In this document: one piece after another, positions 1-10,083 of the stretch
Layout of the letters: each line of letters starts with the position of its first letter
Position numbering within the stretch: the first letter of the stretch is position 1
Sequence record: DRR723986_6632
Reading direction: 5' to 3' (one strand)
Length of the DNA stretch: 42,728 bases
The notes under the pieces: generated by a model
The model's input: only the letters and a program-made list of their open reading frames with translations
Database searches by the model: none
Told to the model about the DNA's origin: nothing
Made by a program: the position numbers and the translations under genes

Positions 1-18
1 ACGCAGCGCAGCGAAGAT

Positions 19-165
19 CCGGGATCGGGGAGCCTCCGAGACAGGCACCTGAAAAATAGACAGGCCTCTCCCTCCCCGATCCCGGCTCGCGCTCCGCTTG
101 GCCGGGATGACGATGGAGAAGGTCCCCGTATGTCATCCCGGGCGAGCAACGCGAGAGCCGGGATC
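19..165. repeat. Cluster of REP-like palindromic units in alternating orientation
   Basis: Perfect 14-bp inverted repeat ccgggatcggggag (19-32) / ctccccgatcccgg (72-85). Unit gatcccggctcgcgctccgcttggccgggatgac (78-111) is mirrored by gtcatcccgggcgagcaacgcgagagccgggatc (132-165). Confidence 0.75.
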
Positions 166-245
166 CACTCCTTCGCAGAGCCGTACGAACGACTGACACA
201 TTCGAGAATAAATCTGGTGGCTGCGCGTTTGTGCTGCCGGGCCGG

Positions 246-1112
246 TTACCGGTCCCGCAACCAGTCCAGGGACACTTGCGTCCCATCTGCCTCGACCAGA
301 TCGAGACGGCTGGAGAGGATCAGCGACAGGGCGCCCAGGTCGTTGGTCTTCCAGAGATAGATCGTATGGCGCGTTGGCTCGAAGCGGGCACAGGCCGTCG
401 CGCCGACATCGGCAACATAGCGCGGCGGACCATCTCGCCGGATATCAAAGCCCTTGGCGCCGCTGGCATCGTCCGGATTGGTCAGGCAGACCGTCACCAG
501 CCGCGCGGAAATCGCATCATCGGCATCTGCGGCTTCCTCCAGTGGAGCCGGTTCCTGAGCACGCCTTGCGGCGGACTTTTCGATGGCAGAGTTCAAGCCT
601 TGAGCGTCCGCACCAGTGGCTTCCCGTTTTTGCGAATTTTGCTTCGGTGCTGCAGCCGGCGCAACCCGTTCCCTCTGTGGGGCAGTCCGGTCGATGGCCC
701 GATCTAACTCCGGACTCATGCGGTCCGTCCAGGAAGAGGCGTCGGAGGGTGCAGGTGCATGCGCCGGTGGTCGTGGCCGTGGCTGCGCTGGCGGTGGAGG
801 GGCAATCTCGGCAGCAGCTCCCTCGCTGTCCATCAGCCGGTGCTCGGGCGCACGCATCTCGGCAGGTTCTACCGGTTCCGGAGCAGCTGAAGGGGCGGCC
901 TCCAGCGTAACCGGTGGTGCAGGCACCTCGCCTTTCTGAAAGCGGATCAGGTCGTTGCTGCCGCTTTCCAGGAATGTCGGCTCCGGCAAGCCGCTGGCCA
1001 GAACCGCGACAGTTGCGCAAGACATCAGCAAGCCGCCGATGAAAAGGCTTTTGGCAGATCTGCGCTGATGCTGATTTCTGACCGGCATGGGGCTCGTCGA
1101 TATGTCTTTCAA
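246..1112 (-). CDS. Hypothetical exported/membrane-anchored protein with Pro/Ala-rich linker
   Basis: 288-aa ORF with N-terminal hydrophobic segment, Pro-rich middle and compact C-terminal domain with two Cys. Overlaps the stop of the upstream gene by 4 bp. Start uncertain (alternative ATG 1088). Confidence 0.7.
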   Translation of the reverse strand: MKDISTSPMPVRNQHQRRSAKSLFIGGLLMSCATVAVLASGLPEPTFLESGSNDLIRFQKGEVPAPPVTLEAAPSAAPEPVEPAEMRAPEHRLMDSEGAAAEIAPPPPAQPRPRPPAHAPAPSDASSWTDRMSPELDRAIDRTAPQRERVAPAAAPKQNSQKREATGADAQGLNSAIEKSAARRAQEPAPLEEAADADDAISARLVTVCLTNPDDASGAKGFDIRRDGPPRYVADVGATACARFEPTRHTIYLWKTNDLGALSLILSSRLDLVEADGTQVSLDWLRDR

Positions 1113-1762
1113 TTGGCGGGCTCAAGGTAGCGGGTATTCACCCATCCGGACACCACGCCCGAACGGATTTCACACCAGCTTCCCTCACAGCTCTCGGAAA
1201 GTTCCACATTACAGGTTCCCGCCGCAAGAGCGCCGGTAACGGCATGCCGTGTTCCGGGGCCCTGCCGTACATTCAGAACGTCGTCCTGCGCAATGCTGAC
1301 GCACATCAACCGGCCGTCAGCGGCTTCGGAAGACCGGAACATGGCAGGTGGTGCTGCTGATGCGGTGCATGTCCCGCCGACATTCACACCACGCGCGCAC
1401 AAGGGTTTGACCTTCATCTCCAGAAGCTCCCATTCGCCCGTCGCCGTGTGAACAACGGTGCCCCTGTAATGCTCACCGGAAAGGCTGTCATCAAGATATC
1501 CGGTCATGACGATATCGACACTGTAACCGCTGTCAGCCTTGCGCATCTTCAGGTCGAGGGCTGCATTGCCTTCGTCACTCTCCGGATGGCCTTGCAGAAA
1601 CGGCATCAGCACATCCATGAAATTGGCGGCGACCGCCGTGCCGGGAGCAACACGGATCTCGCGAAAACCGTCATCCTGCGCCTGGACCGAGCCCGTGATT
1701 AGCATGCTGGCAACGGGTATCGCGGCAAGCGAGGTGGCTGAAAGTCTGAAACAGGGGCGCAT
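1109..1762 (-). CDS. Secreted protein with C-terminal bacterial SH3 domain
   Basis: Signal-peptide-like N-terminus (…GSVQA). C-terminal VLNVRQGPGTRHAV…WCEI…GWVNTRYL is typical of SH3b. ATG 1762 is preceded by AAAAGGA. Confidence 0.8.
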   Translation of the reverse strand: MRPCFRLSATSLAAIPVASMLITGSVQAQDDGFREIRVAPGTAVAANFMDVLMPFLQGHPESDEGNAALDLKMRKADSGYSVDIVMTGYLDDSLSGEHYRGTVVHTATGEWELLEMKVKPLCARGVNVGGTCTASAAPPAMFRSSEAADGRLMCVSIAQDDVLNVRQGPGTRHAVTGALAAGTCNVELSESCEGSWCEIRSGVVSGWVNTRYLEPAN

Positions 1763-1863
1763 GGCACAATCCTTTTGCGGGTCACTTGCAGCAGTAACGC
1801 ATGGGGGCTGACTGCCGGCCATGGGGCCGATCCCCCATTCCGGCCAGAACAGGCAGTCTCCGG

Positions 1864-2517
1864 TCAAAGTTCCCGCGATGGATCAATCATGCCTTCCTTC
1901 AGCGCCTTGGCCATCAGCTGCGGCACCGAATGCACGTTCAGCTTCTGCATCAGGCTGGTGCGGTGCTTGTCGACGGTCTTGACGCTGATGCCAAGTCCTT
2001 CGGCAATTTCCTTGTTGGACCGCCCGGCGAGGATCAGGTTCAGCGTTTGCCGTTCCCGGTCGGTCAGCACAGGTGGCGCAGGCGTCTCTTCCAGAATCTT
2101 CAGGAAAACGTCCGAAATATGCCGCTGTCCACGCAGGATACCCGGCAGTTTCTGGTAGAACTCGGCATTGTCCGACGCCTTCGAGAACAGGCCATCGACC
2201 CCGGCCTCGATGAGATCCGATATCAGCCCGACAGCGGAAATGCCTGTCAGCACGACCACCCTCGTTTCCTTCGACCAGCGCCTTGCCTCGATCAGCACTT
2301 CCACGCCGCCTGCCATCGGCATGGAGACATCCAGCAACAGGAGGTCTGGCCGCTGCTTGCGCACTTCGGCTATCGCGCTGAGGCCGTCGCCGGCTTCCGC
2401 CAGCACGTTGATCCCCTCCGGTTCGATCAGGCCCGGTTTTTCCAGAGCGTCGCGCAAGCCCGAGCGAACGATTGCGTGATCGTCTGCAATGATGGCACTA
2501 TATCTTTGATCTTTCAC
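1864..2517 (-). CDS. NarL/LuxR-family two-component response regulator
   Basis: Receiver motifs IIADDH, LLLDVSMP. LuxR HTH LTDRERQTLNLILAGRSNKEIAEGLGISVKTVDKHR. Start GTG 2517 or ATG 2556. Confidence 0.92.
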   Translation of the reverse strand: MKDQRYSAIIADDHAIVRSGLRDALEKPGLIEPEGINVLAEAGDGLSAIAEVRKQRPDLLLLDVSMPMAGGVEVLIEARRWSKETRVVVLTGISAVGLISDLIEAGVDGLFSKASDNAEFYQKLPGILRGQRHISDVFLKILEETPAPPVLTDRERQTLNLILAGRSNKEIAEGLGISVKTVDKHRTSLMQKLNVHSVPQLMAKALKEGMIDPSREL

Positions 2518-2568
2518 GGCTCTCGATCCAGCAGCTGCAGTCCTTCTATCTGACATGCCTTTGGGGAA

Positions 2569-4596
2569 ATGACCAGAATTCTGCACCTGTGGGCCCTTCT
2601 GTTTTTCAGCCTTCTCGTGACCGGCATCGCCCGGGCAGAAACTGTGCGTCTCGAGCCCGGCCAGGGGATTGGCGACCTGAAGCCGCATCTGGTCTATGAG
2701 AGCGATCCGTCAGCATCTCTTGCCGACATCCTGAACCGGTTCCGCTCCGGCAAATTCTCCCCGACCCTCAAGGCCTCTCTGCTGGAAACGAACTATGCGC
2801 CGGAAGCCTGGGCCGCTGTCGAGATCGTCAACGCAACACTGAACGATGGCCGTGCGCCGGATCCTTTCGTGCTGACAATCGACCTGCCGCTGGTCAGCGA
2901 ACTGGACGCCTATGTCATCCGCGAAAGCGGCTTTACCGAAAGCCTGATCAGTTATTCGATTTTCGAACCCTTCGCACCGGAAGACCACTCGGTCACAAGG
3001 TTGCGCACGCCTGTCTTCGACATCGCGCCACAAGAGCGGGTCACCCTCCTGGTCAATTTCAAGTTCGGGCCTTTCCAGTCTTTCAAGATGGCGCTGGAAA
3101 CACCGGTGGAGCTTGAAGCCTCAGCCTTTGCGTCCGGCATCACTCATACGGCGTTCTACGCCTTCACGATCTCCTGTCTGATTTTCTTCTTCGGCTTTCA
3201 TCTGGCCATGAAAAACTGGATCGGCATGCTCTACGCCGTCCAGTTCGGGCTCGGGCTTGCTTTCATCGCTTATATTGACGGCCTCTGGTTCCGGTTCTTC
3301 TTTCCCGACAGACCTGAACTCCAGTCTCCGACAGGCTTCTTCCTGCTGTTCTCCCTATCCGGCCTCGGCTTCGTCATTTCCGGCCGCTCTGTCGCCACCG
3401 CGGACCGCGAGACAAGACTTTCCATCGGCCTGACAGCCCTGTCTGCCCTATCGATCGCCGGTTTCGGGTTGTCTTTCTTTTCACCCGGCACCTATGTCGC
3501 GTTTTTCGGCTATCTGCTGCTGGCGCTGATGTTCATTTCCGTTTTCCTGGCAGGCCGCAGCTGGCGACGCAGCGAAGGCGCGGCACATGTCAGCTCGGAA
3601 CTGGTTTCAGCCTTTGGCACCGTGCTGGTCGTTGGGCTGATTGCCTTGATGGTCGTTGGCCTCGAAACTGAAATCCTGCCAGTTGCGAGCACGGTCAAGG
3701 GTATTTTCTCCTGCCTGCTGATTGCCACCATGACCGGTTTGACCGCCCATATCGTTGCCTTGCGCCACAAACACGCAAATGCCGTTCAGGCCGAAATCGC
3801 TGCCCTTGAAGCGGAAGCAAAGCGCAGTCGGGAGCTGCTCGTGGCCGAGCGCAATTACACGCGTGCCCGCGATCTGGCCAGCCTGCGACAGCGGCAACTG
3901 GCGACCGCTTCCCATGATCTGAAACAGCCGATCACTTCACTGAGGCTCAGCTTCGACCATCTTGCCGACCATATGGAACCGCCGGTTCGCCAACGTCTTG
4001 CAGAGGCATTCGACTACATGGAGGCCCTGTCGAATTCCTACCTGGCGGAAACGGCACCGCGGAACGATGGCACAGAGACAGCCGAAAGCTCCGATCCAAC
4101 CGGTGAAGAAGACCAGGCGCAGAAAGACATCGCCATCACCCGCGCAGAACCGGCGGAAACCGAGAGCTACGAACTTTCGCTTGTTCTCGACACGGTCCAG
4201 CAGATGTTTGGCGAGGAAGCGATCTCAAAAGGCCTGAAGCTGCGACGGGTTACATCAACCCGCAAGACAGCCGTGCCGCCCATGGTCCTGATGCGCATCG
4301 CCAGCAATCTGGTCTCCAACGCGGTCAAATACACCGAAAAAGGCAAGGTCCTGATTGGCGTCCGTAACCGTGGACAGGCCCTGGAGCTTTGTGTGCTCGA
4401 TACGGGACCAGGCCTGACCGAGACCGAACAGCGAACCTTCCTGAAAGCTTACGAAAAAGGCAGCACGTCCAGCGGACATGGCCTTGGTCTATCGGTCTGT
4501 CATGACCTTGCGCGTGAACACGGCCTTGCGTTCACCTGCCAGTCTGTAAAAGGCAGGGGAACGCAATTCAGGTTCTCCTTGCCGGCCTCAAGTTGA
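2569..4596 (+). CDS. Sensor histidine kinase with periplasmic domain and 7TM (7TMR-DISM-like) region
   Basis: Signal peptide, about seven hydrophobic helices, H-box ASHDLKQP, N-box NLVSNAVKYT, G-boxes DTGPG and GHGLGL. Confidence 0.9.
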   Translation: MTRILHLWALLFFSLLVTGIARAETVRLEPGQGIGDLKPHLVYESDPSASLADILNRFRSGKFSPTLKASLLETNYAPEAWAAVEIVNATLNDGRAPDPFVLTIDLPLVSELDAYVIRESGFTESLISYSIFEPFAPEDHSVTRLRTPVFDIAPQERVTLLVNFKFGPFQSFKMALETPVELEASAFASGITHTAFYAFTISCLIFFFGFHLAMKNWIGMLYAVQFGLGLAFIAYIDGLWFRFFFPDRPELQSPTGFFLLFSLSGLGFVISGRSVATADRETRLSIGLTALSALSIAGFGLSFFSPGTYVAFFGYLLLALMFISVFLAGRSWRRSEGAAHVSSELVSAFGTVLVVGLIALMVVGLETEILPVASTVKGIFSCLLIATMTGLTAHIVALRHKHANAVQAEIAALEAEAKRSRELLVAERNYTRARDLASLRQRQLATASHDLKQPITSLRLSFDHLADHMEPPVRQRLAEAFDYMEALSNSYLAETAPRNDGTETAESSDPTGEEDQAQKDIAITRAEPAETESYELSLVLDTVQQMFGEEAISKGLKLRRVTSTRKTAVPPMVLMRIASNLVSNAVKYTEKGKVLIGVRNRGQALELCVLDTGPGLTETEQRTFLKAYEKGSTSSGHGLGLSVCHDLAREHGLAFTCQSVKGRGTQFRFSLPASS

Positions 4597-4618
4597 CCAA
4601 AGCCAGCAGGGCCTCAGT

Positions 4619-6232
4619 TCAGGCGGTCGCCCCGCGCGTGCCTGTTTCGTGGATTTCGATCAGGCTTGGGCCGGACAGGTCTGAAAACCGCTTTAGAGCG
4701 GCCCCGAGCTCCGACACATCATCGAGACGCACGGACGGCAAACCATAGGCTTCGGCGATTTTGCCAAAATCGGGTGCTGATGGTGTCACGCCTTCCGGTT
4801 CAATCCCGCAATCGAGCATGTAGGTGCGGATTTCGCCATAGCCGTCGTTGTTCCAGACCAGGAAAATCACCCTGGCTCCGCAATCCCTGGCAGAGCCGAT
4901 TTCGGCAAGCGAGAACTGCAGCCCGCCATCACCCACAAGGCAGATCACAGGCGTTTCAGGCTCGCCGATGCTGGCACCTATCGCGGCCGGAGGGCCATAT
5001 CCAAGTGCGCCGAAACCTGTTGCCGCGTTGAACCAGCCGTGCGGCCGGCCTGCTTCAAAGGACAAGTTGCCGGAATAGATGGCCTGCGTGCTGTCGCCGA
5101 CGATGATGCAGCCGGGCAACGTCTCGCGGATCGTCTCCAGAACGCCGATTTCCGCCTGCATCTTGGGGCTCAACCAGGTTGAAACCGCCTCTCGGCAAGT
5201 CTTGGCCCGTGCAGCACCGTCTGCCTCCGTACTGGGACCTTCAAGCAGCGGCAGAAGGTCGTCCAGCAACTGGTCGACACTGGAGAGGACCGGCAGCGCA
5301 GCCTCGGGACCCCGGGCAAGCTGGTCTGCATCGATGTCCACCCGCACCAGATCGGCAAGCTCCGGAAAGCCGCCATCGGCATACATGTCGTAATCCGTCT
5401 GTCCCATCTGCGTGCCGAGCGCAATCACCAGATCGGAGGCTGCAAGCAGGTCCCGGACGGCGGCAAGGCTCGGGCTGGCCGGAACGGAGAGCGGATGTCC
5501 CGCAAACATGCCCCGCGCGTTGACCGTGGTGATCAGCGGCGCTTCAATTCGCTCCGCCAGCAAACGGATCTTGTCTGCGGCAGCAACAGAACCGCCACCG
5601 CACAGGACCGCCGGGCGCTGGGCCTTGCGGCATTTCTCGGCAAGCTCCAGCACCTGTGCCTGAGCCGCCCGCGGGCCGCAGGCCTTTGAGGGGTGCAGGT
5701 CGCCAACGGCAATCTTTTCCACCATCACATCGGTTGGAATTTCGATATGAACCGGACCCGGACGCCGCGACTGCAGGATAGCGAAGGCACGGTCCATGAC
5801 AGCCGGAAGGTCCGAGGGCTCCAGCAACGTGTGTGTCATCAGCGCAAGCGGCGCCATCATGGCGCGCTGGTCCGGCAACTCGTGCAGCTTGCCCCGGCCA
5901 TGGCCAAGGCTTGCGCGTGCATTGACGCCCGAGATCACCAGCATCGGCACGGAATCCTGATAGGCCTGGGCCATCGCGGTGATCGTATTGGTCAGGCCCG
6001 GGCCGGTGATCACCAGCGCGACACCGGGTTTCCCGGTCACGCGGGCATATCCGTCCGCCATGAACCCGGCCCCCTGTTCGTGGCGCGGGGTGATGTGGCG
6101 GATTTCGGAGGCAGCCAGCCCCCGGTAAAGCTCGACCGTGTGCACGCCGGGAATGCCGAAGACGGCTTCCACGCCATTGGCCTCAAGAATATCGATCAGG
6201 GCCTCACCGACCGTTTTGGTCACTACGCCCAT
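4619..6232 (-). CDS. aruI: ThDP-dependent decarboxylase, 5-guanidino-2-oxopentanoate decarboxylase (AruI)-like
   Basis: FGIPGVHTVELY, RHEQGAGFMADGYAR, ThDP motif GDGG…WNN. Adjacent to an AruH-like aminotransferase. Confidence 0.85.
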   Translation of the reverse strand: MGVVTKTVGEALIDILEANGVEAVFGIPGVHTVELYRGLAASEIRHITPRHEQGAGFMADGYARVTGKPGVALVITGPGLTNTITAMAQAYQDSVPMLVISGVNARASLGHGRGKLHELPDQRAMMAPLALMTHTLLEPSDLPAVMDRAFAILQSRRPGPVHIEIPTDVMVEKIAVGDLHPSKACGPRAAQAQVLELAEKCRKAQRPAVLCGGGSVAAADKIRLLAERIEAPLITTVNARGMFAGHPLSVPASPSLAAVRDLLAASDLVIALGTQMGQTDYDMYADGGFPELADLVRVDIDADQLARGPEAALPVLSSVDQLLDDLLPLLEGPSTEADGAARAKTCREAVSTWLSPKMQAEIGVLETIRETLPGCIIVGDSTQAIYSGNLSFEAGRPHGWFNAATGFGALGYGPPAAIGASIGEPETPVICLVGDGGLQFSLAEIGSARDCGARVIFLVWNNDGYGEIRTYMLDCGIEPEGVTPSAPDFGKIAEAYGLPSVRLDDVSELGAALKRFSDLSGPSLIEIHETGTRGATA

Positions 6233-7419
6233 TTGCGGTTCTCCTCGTCCTTGCCGAGACTGTCCGCAAAGGCCGCGATGCGATCTGTTGCTTCGGAAAG
6301 CGTTTCATCGGCCACCGTCAATGACAACCGGATGAAATTTGTCGCCTGATCGCCGAAGGAGGCCCCTGGCATGACCGCGACCTGCTTTTCCTCCAGCAGC
6401 CTTTCGGCAAAGGTGGCACCATCCAGTCCCGTTGCACTGACATCCACCAGCAGGAACATGCCGGCTTCCGGCATCATGGGCTTAAGGGCGCCGTGTCCGG
6501 ACAGATGCCCGATGATGAGCTTCGCCCGACGCAGATAACTCTCCCGCATGCGCTCGGCGGTGTCGAAATTCCCGGCAATCGCCATGGCTGTCATGTCCGC
6601 GATGAACGGCTGTCCGCCAAAAAGCATGGTTTCGGACACCGCCAGCAACCGCGTGCAGAATTCTTCCGGACCGATTGCCCAGCCGGACCGGAAGCCGGGG
6701 GCAGCGTGAGACTTGGAGATTGAGGACACCACGATGGTCCGGTCCGCCAGCGCCGGCTGGTCGAAGGGGGAAGCGAAACTTCCCTCAAAGATCAGCTTTT
6801 CATACACCTCGTCGCAGACGATCCAGAGGTCGTGCTTGATGCAGACCTCACCGATGGCGGCAATTTCCTCAGCCGTCAGCGTCGCCCCGGTCGGATTGTG
6901 CGGCGTATTGAGCAGGAGCACCCGGCTGTCCGGAGTGACTGCCTTTTCAAGATCTTCCGCCTGAAGGTGGAAACCCTTTTCAGGGCGGAGCGGCACCGGC
7001 ACCATGTGCGCACCGGTCGCGGCAATAACGCCTTCGTAGGTGGCATAGAGCGGATCACCTGCCAGAACCGCGTCGCCTGCCTCCACAAGGCCCAGCATCA
7101 CCGCAAAAAGGGCAGTCTGCGTGCCTGGGAAACACAGGACGTTCTGCTCGTTCACGTCAGGCCGGCGATTGCGATATTTTTCCGTCAATGCAGCAACGAT
7201 ACCCGGCTCGCCCCGACCGTTGGAATAACGGATACGGCCGGCCCTCATCGCCCGGTTGGCTTCCTCGAACAAGGCTTCGTCGGGCAGGATGTCCGGCTCG
7301 CCGATCGTCAGCTCGATGACAGGAACGCCCGCAGCCGCCATTTCGCGCGCCTTGATGTGGACAGTCCATTTTCCCGAGCCCAGGTGGGCAAGGCGGTCGG
7401 TGATCGACGCATAACGCAT
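6223..7419 (-). CDS. aruH: PLP-dependent class I aminotransferase, arginine:pyruvate transaminase (AruH)-like
   Basis: NTPHNPTG, DEVY, PLP-lysine motif SISKSHAAPGFRSGW. N-terminus MRYASITDRL. Overlaps the aruI-like start. Confidence 0.8.
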   Translation of the reverse strand: MRYASITDRLAHLGSGKWTVHIKAREMAAAGVPVIELTIGEPDILPDEALFEEANRAMRAGRIRYSNGRGEPGIVAALTEKYRNRRPDVNEQNVLCFPGTQTALFAVMLGLVEAGDAVLAGDPLYATYEGVIAATGAHMVPVPLRPEKGFHLQAEDLEKAVTPDSRVLLLNTPHNPTGATLTAEEIAAIGEVCIKHDLWIVCDEVYEKLIFEGSFASPFDQPALADRTIVVSSISKSHAAPGFRSGWAIGPEEFCTRLLAVSETMLFGGQPFIADMTAMAIAGNFDTAERMRESYLRRAKLIIGHLSGHGALKPMMPEAGMFLLVDVSATGLDGATFAERLLEEKQVAVMPGASFGDQATNFIRLSLTVADETLSEATDRIAAFADSLGKDEENRKWA

Positions 7420-7429
7420 AGTCGGTCTC

Positions 7430-8074
7430 TCAGTTTGAGTGTGGTTTGGCGGCAAGGCTTATTCCGCCAAGCAATGCCTCGACGGACCGGATGGCAACGC
7501 CCGGAAGGGGCGTTTCGGAAAAGAGGTGACCCACCAGCGTGCCTTCGATCCACAGACCGTCGATCACGCCGTTGATCGCAATTGCCAGCTCCCGGCACCG
7601 CTTTGCATCGGGTGGCTCACCCGATTCGGCCAGCACCTCGGCGACGAGGGTTTCCAGCACAGACCGAAACGCGAGATAGCTCTCAAGGTGGATTTCGGCA
7701 AAGGCCGGATCGACGCGCACATGACTTATGAATGCAGCCCAGAGTGACAACGTCCGTGCGTTGGCAACCGGCGGCGTCAGGTTGGCCACGATGAAATCGT
7801 GCAGTCGTGCCCTGGGGCTCTGCTGATCACCATCGGCAGCCGACGCCACAGTGGATGTCATTCCGGTCATGACTTCCCGATAGGCATCCTGCAGCATCTG
7901 GTCCTTGCTGGAAAAATAATGGCGGATCAGGCCGGGGGTGACACCGGCGCGTGCCGCGATTTCACGAACGGTCGCGCCGCGCAGACCAAATTCGGAAATG
8001 CAATCCAGCGTCGCCCGGATGAGATCCTGACGTCGCTCGGCCTCACTTGCGCGATGGAACGGACGACGGCTCAT
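7430..8074 (-). CDS. TetR-family (BetI-like) transcriptional regulator
   Basis: RRQDLIRATLDCISEFGLRGATVREIAARAGVTPGLIRHYF HTH. Start placed at ATG 8074. Confidence 0.9.
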   Translation of the reverse strand: MSRRPFHRASEAERRQDLIRATLDCISEFGLRGATVREIAARAGVTPGLIRHYFSSKDQMLQDAYREVMTGMTSTVASAADGDQQSPRARLHDFIVANLTPPVANARTLSLWAAFISHVRVDPAFAEIHLESYLAFRSVLETLVAEVLAESGEPPDAKRCRELAIAINGVIDGLWIEGTLVGHLFSETPLPGVAIRSVEALLGGISLAAKPHSN

Positions 8075-8224
8075 GGCAGGCTCCGGACCGGCAGAACCCC
8101 GCGCACTGACGGGTTCGCAGGCGAAGTCAGGCACCATGCTGCAGCCATCGCTTTCGCCTCCCGCGCCATTCTTGTGTCCTCCGCCATGATCTCCGGTCGC
8201 ATGACGCACCGGCATCGATTTTTT

Positions 8225-8250
8225 CGTTATTATACGGTTGAATAATTACG
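8225..8250. promoter_or_regulatory. Imperfect AT-rich palindrome, candidate TetR operator in the divergent promoter region
   Basis: attatacggttgaataat (8229-8246) has 12/18 self-complementary positions and lies between the divergent tetR and ABC operons. Confidence 0.4.
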
Positions 8251-8373
8251 AGACAAGTGCAAAGCTGACAACACTTACCGGGCGGAGAGCTGACGCCGCA
8301 CCGGCAAAAAAGACGAGGTCAGCGGGGAACAGAAACAACAGTGCACCGGCTCAGGCCGGGCAATGGCGGTAGG

Positions 8374-9147
8374 ATGGAACCAGCGGCGCCAGCCATCGAG
8401 GTATGCGACCTCTTTAAACGTTTCGGAGCTCTTGAGGTGCTCAAGGGTGTCTCGCTCACGGCCCGGCAGGGCGACGTGATTGCGATCATCGGCGGATCGG
8501 GCTCCGGCAAATCAACCTTTCTGCGCTGCATCAACATGCTTGAGATGCCCAGCGCCGGGTCGGTCACCATCCATGGTGAGACAATCGACCTGAAAAACGA
8601 CGGCCACCATGGCCTGCGCCCTGCCAACCGCAGGCAGATCGAGCGCATTCGTAGCCAGCTTGCGATGGTTTTCCAGAGCTTCAATCTGTGGCAGCACATG
8701 ACAGTGCTTCAAAATGTGATTGAAGTGCCTATCCACGTTCTGGGCATGAAACGCGACGAGGCCGTTGGCATCGCCGAAACCTTGCTGCGCCGTGTCGGAC
8801 TGCACGAGAAGCAGGATGCCTATCCGGCCTTCCTGTCCGGCGGTCAGCAGCAGCGTGCAGCCATCGCCCGCGCCCTTGCCGTCCAGCCGCTCGCCATGTT
8901 GTTCGACGAGCCGACATCCGCTCTCGATCCGGAACTGGTCGGAGAGGTCCTGGGCGTCATCGGCGATCTGGCCCGTGAACAGCGGACAATGATCCTGGTT
9001 ACCCACGAGATGAAATTCGCGCGGGAAGTCGCCAGTCACGTCATCTTTCTGCACAACGGCATCATTGAGGAACAGGGCCCGCCGGACCAGGTGTTCGGTG
9101 ACCCGAAATCGGAGCGGCTGAAGAAATTCATCAGCTCGATCAACTAG
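8374..9147 (+). CDS. Polar amino-acid ABC transporter ATP-binding protein (HisP/AotP-like)
   Basis: Walker A GGSGSGKST, signature LSGGQQQR, Walker B LFDEPTSALD, H-loop VTHEM. Confidence 0.95.
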   Translation: MEPAAPAIEVCDLFKRFGALEVLKGVSLTARQGDVIAIIGGSGSGKSTFLRCINMLEMPSAGSVTIHGETIDLKNDGHHGLRPANRRQIERIRSQLAMVFQSFNLWQHMTVLQNVIEVPIHVLGMKRDEAVGIAETLLRRVGLHEKQDAYPAFLSGGQQQRAAIARALAVQPLAMLFDEPTSALDPELVGEVLGVIGDLAREQRTMILVTHEMKFAREVASHVIFLHNGIIEEQGPPDQVFGDPKSERLKKFISSIN

Positions 9148-9178
9148 ACCCTCCCGCAGACGTTTCGCGGGGAGGTCC
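9147..9178 (+). terminator. Intergenic GC-rich stem-loop (mRNA stability/attenuation; no U-tract)
   Basis: gaccctcccgc…gcggggaggtc imperfect inverted repeat just after the ATPase stop. Confidence 0.35.
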
Positions 9179-9223
9179 TGCCGGAAGGTCCGGCATGATA
9201 AGTCTAAAAAACAGGGGAACAGC

Positions 9224-10003
9224 ATGAAACATATTCTGAAGACAGCATTCGCAGCCGCCGCACTGGCCACCACCGCGTTCACCGGCGCCATGGCTGAGGA
9301 AGTAAAGGTCGGCGTCGCGGCCGAGCCCTACCCGCCGTTCACCTCTCCCGATTCCAGCGGCAAGTGGATCGGTTGGGAAATCGAATTCATGGACGCGATC
9401 TGCGCGGAAGCCAAACTCGACTGCGTCGTCACGCCAGTGGCATGGGACGGCATCATCCCGGCCCTGACATCCGGCAAGATCGACATGATCATCGGCTCCA
9501 TGTCCATCACCGAAGAGCGCCTGAAGACCATCGATTTCTCCGACAAGTACTACAACACTCCGACCGGCATCATCGGTGCCAAGGGTGACGATTTCGACGC
9601 GACTCCGGAAGGCCTGTCCGGCAAGATCATCGGTGTTCAGGTTTCGACCATTCATGCCGACTATGCCGAAAAGTACTTCGGCGAAGGCGCTGCCGAGATC
9701 AAGCAGTACCAGACCCAGGATGAAGCCAACCAGGATCTCGCCGCTGGCCGCCTCGACGCCGTGCAGGCGGACGCCATCGCGCTCGACGCCTTCCTGAAGT
9801 CCGATGCGGGTGCCTGCTGCGAACTGAAGGGCAACGTCCAGGACGATCCGGCGATCCTCGGTGCCGGCGTTGGCGTCGGCCTGCGCAAGGGCGACACGGA
9901 ACTGAAGGACAAGGTCAACGCCGCGATCAAGGCGATCCGCGAGAACGGGACCTATGAAACGTTCTCCAAGAACTGGTTCGACTTCGACATCTACGGCGGC
10001 TAA
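9224..10003 (+). CDS. Polar amino-acid ABC transporter substrate-binding protein (family 3)
   Basis: Signal peptide. EPYPPF, WDGIIPALTSGKIDMIIGSMSITEER, DLAAGRLDA. Confidence 0.95.
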   Translation: MKHILKTAFAAAALATTAFTGAMAEEVKVGVAAEPYPPFTSPDSSGKWIGWEIEFMDAICAEAKLDCVVTPVAWDGIIPALTSGKIDMIIGSMSITEERLKTIDFSDKYYNTPTGIIGAKGDDFDATPEGLSGKIIGVQVSTIHADYAEKYFGEGAAEIKQYQTQDEANQDLAAGRLDAVQADAIALDAFLKSDAGACCELKGNVQDDPAILGAGVGVGLRKGDTELKDKVNAAIKAIRENGTYETFSKNWFDFDIYGG

Positions 10004-10083
10004 GCGGCCGGATCACCCTTAGGAAACCGTCCCGCGCCCTCGGGCGCGGGCGGACACTTTCAAAGCAAGGTTGACCGCTGCCG

